Of a stretch of 64,000 nt of DNA, positions 58,034 to 64,000 are shown one piece after another. Where the stretch lies: the NCBI GenBank assembly GCA_016182015.1, contig JACOYC010000012.1:29623-93622 (forward strand), in the 5' to 3' direction. This stretch comes from Nanobdellati archaeon (GTDB taxonomy: Archaea > Nanobdellota > Nanobdellia > UBA10117). The notes under the pieces are model-generated. The model ran no database searches, was not told the DNA's origin, and saw only the letters and a list, made by a program, of their open reading frames with translations. Both the position numbers and the translations under genes were made by a program. Position 1 is the first letter of the stretch. Each line of letters begins with the position of its first letter.

Positions 58034-58474
58034 ATGGCCACACATGTCGATAGTAAAGCTTTAGCAGGAATAGCCGTATTTATCGCGCTTGCAGCGTTTG
58101 CCAGCCCATATTTGACTGGTAATGTAGCAGCAACAGTTGACAATCTGGATTTGGTTGCTTCTGATGTGACTGTGCCAGCCAGAATACTGGCCAGCGTTGA
58201 GTTCCAGCCGACATTCAAAGTCAGTAATGTGGGCACTGCCGGCATAAGCTCGACAATTTACAAATACGAAATCCTGCGTGGCACGCAACTTTTTACGAGT
58301 TCGACAGAAACATTTACTATAATTGGCGGCCGAGAGCAAATAGTGGAACTGCCGAGGAATATATACCTGCCAGCAGGCACGTACACGCTCAGAGTAACCG
58401 TTGACCCGTACAACTATTATGCTGAAGTAAGCGAGGCTAATAATGTCGCACAGACTGAGTTTACAGTTGTTTAA
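58034..58474 (+). CDS. CARDB domain protein
   Basis: TM plus YLTGN; LPAGTYTLRVTVDP...EVSEANN. Confidence 0.8.
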   Translation: MATHVDSKALAGIAVFIALAAFASPYLTGNVAATVDNLDLVASDVTVPARILASVEFQPTFKVSNVGTAGISSTIYKYEILRGTQLFTSSTETFTIIGGREQIVELPRNIYLPAGTYTLRVTVDPYNYYAEVSEANNVAQTEFTVV

Positions 58475-58475
58475 A

Positions 58476-59231
58476 ATGACAAATGTAAAAGCCCTAGCGA
58501 TAATAGTTTCGCTGCTGGTTTTTACAATTGCTGTTGCGCCGAATATAACTGGTTTTGTCACTGCAGTCGATTCTGGCGGATGCAGGGGCGTGCCAACTTT
58601 GACATTAGATCCCAACCCAGTGCAGGCCGGCAAGATAGCAACTGCCAGGGTGTCTGGCCTGATGGACTGCAATGGCAAGACTGTTGATTTGAAGCTGGAC
58701 AGCTGCTTTGGTGCAAAGCTTGGCTCGTTCAGATGCGTTGATAAATTTTGCACTTCCACTTTTCCGGTAAAACTTAGCGCGCCAAAGGACTATTTGATTG
58801 CAGCCTGCATTGACAAGAACGGCAACGGATATTTGTATGATGCAGGCGAACGCGCAGCATCGCTTTTCAAGGTGCGCTCGATGCCGGATGTTTATGTAAA
58901 CAAGATTTCATTCCTGCCAGCAGACCCGAGGAGGGGCCAGCAGGTTATTCCAGTAATCAGCGTCGGAAACCGCGGCTCAGCTTCCGCATATTTCTTTAAC
59001 CTGCGCGTGACCCTTTCCCAAAAGGACAGCAATAACAGGGATGCAACAATTACCTCGTGGGAAAACAATGTTCAGGTTGATGCGAACAGCGTGAAGGACT
59101 TCAGGGCGCCAGGCTACTCTTTGAGTCCGGGCGATTATAAGGTTACGGTAGAGCTGGACAGGCTGGACTACATAGTTGAGCTGAACGAGCGCGATAATAA
59201 TGCAAATGCCAAGCTGAAGGTTTATCCATAA
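58476..59231 (+). CDS. Two-domain secreted protein: Cys-containing Ig-like domain plus CARDB
   Basis: TM plus NITGFV; PDV.V..I.F.P..P..G; GDY.V.V.LD....I.E.NE.DN. Confidence 0.8.
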   Translation: MTNVKALAIIVSLLVFTIAVAPNITGFVTAVDSGGCRGVPTLTLDPNPVQAGKIATARVSGLMDCNGKTVDLKLDSCFGAKLGSFRCVDKFCTSTFPVKLSAPKDYLIAACIDKNGNGYLYDAGERAASLFKVRSMPDVYVNKISFLPADPRRGQQVIPVISVGNRGSASAYFFNLRVTLSQKDSNNRDATITSWENNVQVDANSVKDFRAPGYSLSPGDYKVTVELDRLDYIVELNERDNNANAKLKVYP

Positions 59232-59281
59232 TTGCGGCAGCGTTGCAAAAGCCTTAAAACTCTTCTCTTTCTGATTTTTAT

Positions 59282-59620
59282 ATGGCAAAATCAGTGTTAG
59301 CCGCCGCCCCGCAAAATAAATTTGAGTTATTAGACTGTCTTAGTAGACTGCCGTTAGGAATACCTGAAGAGATACCTTGGAACAAGAAAAAGACCAAGCT
59401 ATTGGAAGAAAAAGTTGATGAAGTAGTTGGGCATGCTATGCGAATCATGGGCAGATATCTGGACTTGCCGGCCGGCGACAATTCAAGGGAGTATTACGGG
59501 CCAGACGTTATTCGATTGAGACAGGCGCATGCAGAATACCAAAAAAATAAGAACAACACCACATTAGTAAAAGTTGCAGAAGCACTGAGCTGCATGGCAG
59601 CATCTATTCGATGGGATTGA
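59282..59620 (+). CDS. Hypothetical protein
   Basis: ORF fills the gap to mbf1; no family recognised. Confidence 0.5.
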   Translation: MAKSVLAAAPQNKFELLDCLSRLPLGIPEEIPWNKKKTKLLEEKVDEVVGHAMRIMGRYLDLPAGDNSREYYGPDVIRLRQAHAEYQKNKNNTTLVKVAEALSCMAASIRWD

Positions 59621-59989
59621 TTATTCGGCCTCAATAAGCTTGATTTTCAGAAATTTCTCTAGCTTCCTTGCCAGCCCCAAATCCAAGCGCTTGCCTTGTT
59701 CTGCAGCTTGAATGACTGGCAGTTTTTCGCTTAATCTGTTCGCGAGTTCTTCCTGCTTTAAACCCATTTGCTGCCTTGCCGAGGAAATTATTTTTCCGAA
59801 ATTTTCGGTTACTGTTTCGCCGGATTCCGGCGCAATGTATTGCAGGACTGGCTGCCTTGCCGCAGGCCTTGGCTGTTCGATAATCTTGCCCGTGGAAGAA
59901 CAGGGAGCGCAGACATTTAGAGCTACGCTGTCAACACTTGCTTTCACGGTTGCGCGGGCAGAGCCGCAGATTTCGCAATCAATGGGCAT
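59621..59989 (-). CDS. mbf1: Multiprotein bridging factor aMBF1
   Basis: CEICG...VC..C Zn ribbon plus HTH (AR...GL.QEELA...EK...LEK.LKIKL). Confidence 0.9.
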   Translation of the reverse strand: MPIDCEICGSARATVKASVDSVALNVCAPCSSTGKIIEQPRPAARQPVLQYIAPESGETVTENFGKIISSARQQMGLKQEELANRLSEKLPVIQAAEQGKRLDLGLARKLEKFLKIKLIEAE

Positions 59990-60083
59990 TACCTAATTAT
60001 TATAAACCCCAAAGATATAAAGTTTTCTATAACAAAAACTAGCTACGGCTAGTTTTTGAATGCTCAATCACAGGTGATTTCAC

Positions 60084-60761
60084 ATGGGACTCAAATCCAA
60101 ATTCTGTGCAAGGTGCGGAAAAGAGACCGGCAAGCTAGCTGATGGTATCTGTGTCGAGTGCAGGCTTGGCGGGTCAGATATAATAGTGCCGAAGCGCGCG
60201 GTGCTTGTGGCCTGCAAGTCGTGCGGTTCTGTGGACTTTGAGGGCATCTGGATAAAAAGCGACGAGCCAGACGAAACACATTTTGAGAACAATCTGATTA
60301 AAAAAATACGTGTTCCGGAAAACACAGAACTCGAATCCGTGAAAATCTCTGAGCGCAATAACATATTTGGGAAAATTGCAGTCACATTTTCGTTTGCAGG
60401 CCGGCAGTTTACACAAATATTTCCAGTTCAGTTCGAGAAAAAACTGGTCGTGTGCCCGGAGTGCTCGATGCACAGGCGCAAGGAATATGTTGCGACAATC
60501 CAGCTGCGCGACAAGCCAGAGAATGTCAGAAAAATGATGGAAAATATGCGGGGATTTGAGACAAATATTCTGAAGACCGAGGGGCAGAAGCGCGGTATTG
60601 ATATTTATTTCACAAACAAGGAAGCGGCAAAGCATGCCGCGGCAGAGATGAGAAAAGAATTTAATCTGTTCATGAAGCAGTCCGGGCAGGCCTACTCATG
60701 GGATAAGCAGAAGAACAGGCCGAAGTATAAGCTCGTAATTCTGCTGAGGGCGAGGGAATAG
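60084..60761 (+). CDS. nmd3: NMD3-family protein
   Basis: FCARCG, C..C, CKSCG, CPEC, A.IQLR, G.DIY. Confidence 0.88.
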   Translation: MGLKSKFCARCGKETGKLADGICVECRLGGSDIIVPKRAVLVACKSCGSVDFEGIWIKSDEPDETHFENNLIKKIRVPENTELESVKISERNNIFGKIAVTFSFAGRQFTQIFPVQFEKKLVVCPECSMHRRKEYVATIQLRDKPENVRKMMENMRGFETNILKTEGQKRGIDIYFTNKEAAKHAAAEMRKEFNLFMKQSGQAYSWDKQKNRPKYKLVILLRARE

Positions 60762-60793
60762 TTTTTAAATCGTGTTTAACAGCTTAATATAAA

Positions 60794-61168
60794 ATGTTCA
60801 AACCACGCCCGCGTTTTCAGCAGAACAGAAGGCCTAATCGGGGCCAGCAAAACCAATCGGGCGAGCAGCAGGTATTCAGGGTAAGGCTGCCGCGAGGGAA
60901 AGAAGTTTTGGGAATTGTTGAAATGCGCCTCGGATTTGGCCACTCCCGAGTCAGATGTGTGGATGGCAAAACCAGAATCTGCCGCGTTCCCGGCGCATTG
61001 AAACGCCAGTTGTGGGTCAGGCCAGATTCTATTGTGCTGATCGAGCCTTGGGAGTATGAGGGCGACAAAAAGGGAGATATAATTTACAAATACACAGACA
61101 ACCAGGCCAGGTGGCTGAAAGAGCAGGGTCATTTGAAGGTGCTGTTTGAGCAGAAGGAATTTGCATAA
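60794..61168 (+). CDS. eif1a: Translation initiation factor aIF-1A
   Basis: RVRLP..E.LG.V...LG...V.C.DG.TR.CR.PG...LWVR...PW....KGDI..KY. Confidence 0.95.
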   Translation: MFKPRPRFQQNRRPNRGQQNQSGEQQVFRVRLPRGKEVLGIVEMRLGFGHSRVRCVDGKTRICRVPGALKRQLWVRPDSIVLIEPWEYEGDKKGDIIYKYTDNQARWLKEQGHLKVLFEQKEFA

Positions 61169-61210
61169 CAATATAGAAAGATTTAAAAATCCGTTTATAC
61201 TTATTTTTGT

Positions 61211-61990
61211 ATGACACATTCAGATTTAGAGCGTAGAATTAGGGCTGGCGAAACATTAGCGCCAGACGAAGTGTTAGATGTTTGGGATGATGTAAAATGC
61301 GGACTTAGAAAGCAGTTTCCACACGGGACTAGACCTAATAATTATAGTTTTTTAAGAGATAGGCAGCATCGGCGTTGGATACTTCAAAAGTTTATTTCAA
61401 ATTGTTTGCGCGATAAAGGCAGACACCCCGAACAAAATGACTACAAAGATGCAAGACTGAATGGTTTGTTAGGTCATTATTTAAACAGTTCATCGTATGA
61501 TGCGGCAGTGTTTGCAGGTTTTACAAATCCAGAAAATGTTGTGTATTATGATGTAGTTTTAGATAAGATGCCATGGCTTGCCATTCGTTTGCCTCAGAAG
61601 TTCTGGCTGGTTCGAGAAACAAGGACAAAAGGAACAAAATGGGCGGTAAGGGTTTTGCGAAAGCTTGGCAAAACGCCGGAAGAAATTGAATGGCGCGACA
61701 TAGAGCAGTTAATTGGCCATGTACGCGTAACGCAAAAAACACGCTTGACGTTACCTGAGTTATTAGATGAAGCAGGCTATAAAATAAGCCCTGCAAAAAT
61801 GCAAAAAGCGCCAAATAGTTACTGGCGCGAGCCGGAAAACAGGAGAGCGTATATTTTGCACAGAAAAGAGGAGCTAGGCAGACCACCACGCAGCAGGGAA
61901 GTTCCGTCAAGCCTGCTTAGGGCTGCTGGCAGTTATGAATGTTTGCTTGCAGAGGCAGGCTTATTAACATCAGAAGCGAAAAGTGAGTAA
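61211..61990 (+). CDS. Hypothetical protein with P..[FY]W....R repeats (possibly DNA-binding)
   Basis: PQKFW..ETR and PNSYW..ENR; no kinase motifs. Confidence 0.6.
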   Translation: MTHSDLERRIRAGETLAPDEVLDVWDDVKCGLRKQFPHGTRPNNYSFLRDRQHRRWILQKFISNCLRDKGRHPEQNDYKDARLNGLLGHYLNSSSYDAAVFAGFTNPENVVYYDVVLDKMPWLAIRLPQKFWLVRETRTKGTKWAVRVLRKLGKTPEEIEWRDIEQLIGHVRVTQKTRLTLPELLDEAGYKISPAKMQKAPNSYWREPENRRAYILHRKEELGRPPRSREVPSSLLRAAGSYECLLAEAGLLTSEAKSE

Positions 61991-62543
61991 TATGCAATTC
62001 ATTGATGAGATTCTGGTTCCGAGGACAAGGGTTGCTGTAGTTATAGGCCCAAAAGGCGCGACAAAGGTTACCCTGGAACAGCTTGGCAACGTAAAAATTA
62101 CTGTGAAAAATAATTTGGTAGAAGTTGAAGGCACTGACGCTTTGGAAGTAATGATTGCTAAGAATGTGGTTGATGCGGTCGGCCGCGGATTTTCGCCAGA
62201 GTCTGCAAAACTTTTATTCAAAGAAGATTATGCCTACGAAAAACTCTCGCTGCCGGACTACGGACACAAAAAACAAAGCCACCAGCAGCGCGTCCGTGGC
62301 GTAGTGATTGGAGCAAACGGCAAAGCAAAAAATCTGATCGCGCGGGAGACCGGCGCTGAAATTGTGGTGCAGGGCAAGACTGTTGCGATCCTAGGAAAGT
62401 ACGATGCTGTCGAAAAGGCAAGGCAGGCCGTTGAGATGCTGCTTACGGGAAGACGGCATGCCACGGTTTATAGGTTCCTGAGCGGAGGCAAGGGTTCCGC
62501 GAGGCCCAGCCAAGAAGAGCTCGGCTTGGGTTTAGAGCGGTAA
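61983..62543 (+). CDS. KH-domain rRNA-processing protein (Dim2/Pno1/Krr1 family) with a palindromic C-terminal insert
   Basis: VIGPKG, A.GRGFSPE, RG.VIG.NGK, G..H.TVYRFL. Confidence 0.92.
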   Translation: MSNMQFIDEILVPRTRVAVVIGPKGATKVTLEQLGNVKITVKNNLVEVEGTDALEVMIAKNVVDAVGRGFSPESAKLLFKEDYAYEKLSLPDYGHKKQSHQQRVRGVVIGANGKAKNLIARETGAEIVVQGKTVAILGKYDAVEKARQAVEMLLTGRRHATVYRFLSGGKGSARPSQEELGLGLER

Positions 62544-62695
62544 TAAATACATAAATTTTATACATAATAATATATAAAAACATATATCTAATATATAAAT
62601 TTATATGTATGCGTCTCTATAAAAATTGATATTGGCGACGTATACCGATTTTCAAGCGAAAGCATTTTAAAGCCTGCTAACTAAACCAATTTCTT

Positions 62696-64000
62696 ATGGT
62701 TGATAAGCCAATCGTAAATAATAACAACGACCTTAGATCGATCTCTCCAGCCGAGTTTTTCGAGAAAAACCGCCATTTGTTAGGTTTCGATAATCCAATC
62801 AAGGCCCTTTTAACAAGCGTAAAAGAGGCAGTAGATAATTCTCTAGACGCCTGCGAAGGCCACAAGATACTGCCAGAGATTTTTATCCAAATCCAGAAGC
62901 TCGGTGAAACAAGATTCAAGATGATTGTGGAGGACAACGGCCCAGGCATTTTAAAAGAACACGTGGCTAAGGCGTTTGGAAAACTCTTGTACGGCTCAAA
63001 GTTCCAGACTTTCGGCGGCAAGCAAGGCCGCGGCCAGCAGGGCATCGGCATCTCGGCCTCTGTGATGTATGGCCAGCTCACGACCGGCAAGCCTGCAAGA
63101 ATAATAACAAGAACCAAGGGTCAGAAAAACGCATTAGTTCAAGAGCTGAAAATAGACATCAAGACAAACGAGCCACAAATCATAACAGAGGCATCAATTG
63201 AGTGGAAGCACGAACACGGAACTCGCGTGGAAATTGAACTAGAAGCAAAATACATGGAGAAGAAAGCCTCAGTTGTAGAATATGTCCGCCAGACCGCGGT
63301 CGTGAACCCGCACGCAAAAATCACATACATCGATCCGGAAGGCCAGAAAACTGTTTTCGACCGTGTGGTTGAAAAGCTGCCAAAAGAAGCTGAGTTCATC
63401 AAGCCGCACCCATACGGCGTTGAGCTCGGCGTTTTGCTAAGGATGCTAAAAGAAACTTCAACAAGGGCGCTAAATTCATTCCTGACAACGGAGTTTGACA
63501 AGGTCGGCTCGACAACAGCGGAGGAGATTCTAAAAACATCCGGCCTTGACCCGAAGATAATGCCCAAACTCTTGTCAGTCGAGCAAGCGGATAAATTAAT
63601 CAAGGCGATGCACGGGTGCAAAATAATGTCTCCGACTACGACGTGCTTATCGCCAATCGGCGACGAGAATTTGAAAAAGGCGTTGGAAGCAGAGTATGAC
63701 TTGGAATTTGCTTTTGCAGTTACAAGACCGCCATCGGTTTACCGCGGAAATCCATTTTTAATAGAAGTTGCAATCGGCTACGGCGGCGAACTGCCGGCAG
63801 ACCAGCCAGTAAAATTAATCCGATTTGCAAACCGCGTCCCACTTTTATACCAGCAGGGCGCGTGCGCGCTGACGAAGTCAATTACAAGCGTTGATTGGAA
63901 GAACTATGGTCTGCAGCAGAGCGGCCAGAACGTGCCGAACGGGCCGGCCATCATTCTCGTGCACATGGCGTCGGTCTGGGCGCCGTTCACTTCAGAATCA
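62696..64000 (+). CDS. top6B: DNA topoisomerase VI subunit B, 3'-truncated by the window (absent from the ORF track)
   Basis: Manual translation: ISPAEFFEKNRHLLGFDNP, VKEAVDNSLDACE, EDNGPG, GRGQQGIGIS, KPHPYG, RFANRVPLL, SVWAPFTSES. Confidence 0.95.
   Translation, partial: MVDKPIVNNNNDLRSISPAEFFEKNRHLLGFDNPIKALLTSVKEAVDNSLDACEGHKILPEIFIQIQKLGETRFKMIVEDNGPGILKEHVAKAFGKLLYGSKFQTFGGKQGRGQQGIGISASVMYGQLTTGKPARIITRTKGQKNALVQELKIDIKTNEPQIITEASIEWKHEHGTRVEIELEAKYMEKKASVVEYVRQTAVVNPHAKITYIDPEGQKTVFDRVVEKLPKEAEFIKPHPYGVELGVLLRMLKETSTRALNSFLTTEFDKVGSTTAEEILKTSGLDPKIMPKLLSVEQADKLIKAMHGCKIMSPTTTCLSPIGDENLKKALEAEYDLEFAFAVTRPPSVYRGNPFLIEVAIGYGGELPADQPVKLIRFANRVPLLYQQGACALTKSITSVDWKNYGLQQSGQNVPNGPAIILVHMASVWAPFTSES

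Noticed and set aside
62544-62612. Very AT-rich tract (also 18200-18250) as a replication origin
   Set aside because: No ORB-like repeats and no cdc6/orc1 nearby; more likely terminator or promoter DNA.

Overview
Chromosomal segment of a small-genome archaeon, probably DPANN (Woesearchaeota/Pacearchaeota-like; inferred from gene families and gene order). It contains an N-glycosylation cluster (UbiA-type transferase, GT4s, radical SAM, GT-C, GT2, flippase, AglH-like, AglB), a broken cca, dnaG, thermosome, a type IV pilus locus (ATPase, two PilC/TadC, nine pilin-like genes), hel308, trmI, secF/secD, smc-M50-scpA-scpB, a HerA-like ATPase, an array of eight CARDB-domain surface genes and mbf1/nmd3/aIF1A/KH/top6B. 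Three tRNA genes (Val-CAC, Pro-CGG, Ser-CGA) carry four introns. The main unexplained signal is a set of small, strongly base-paired insertions. (1) The 101-nt tRNA-Ser T-loop intron has an inverted homologue, about 80% identical by manual alignment and with compensatory changes, at the thermosome stop codon between 22-bp direct repeats. (2) A five-hairpin element sits at the dnaG start codon between 14-bp direct repeats. (3) Related hairpins sit in frame in hel308, the KH gene and pilin leader peptides. (4) A 31-nt hairpin with relaxed bulge-helix-bulge (BHB) ends frameshifts a pilC/tadC gene and may be an mRNA intron. All of this was read by eye; no searches or folding programs were run.
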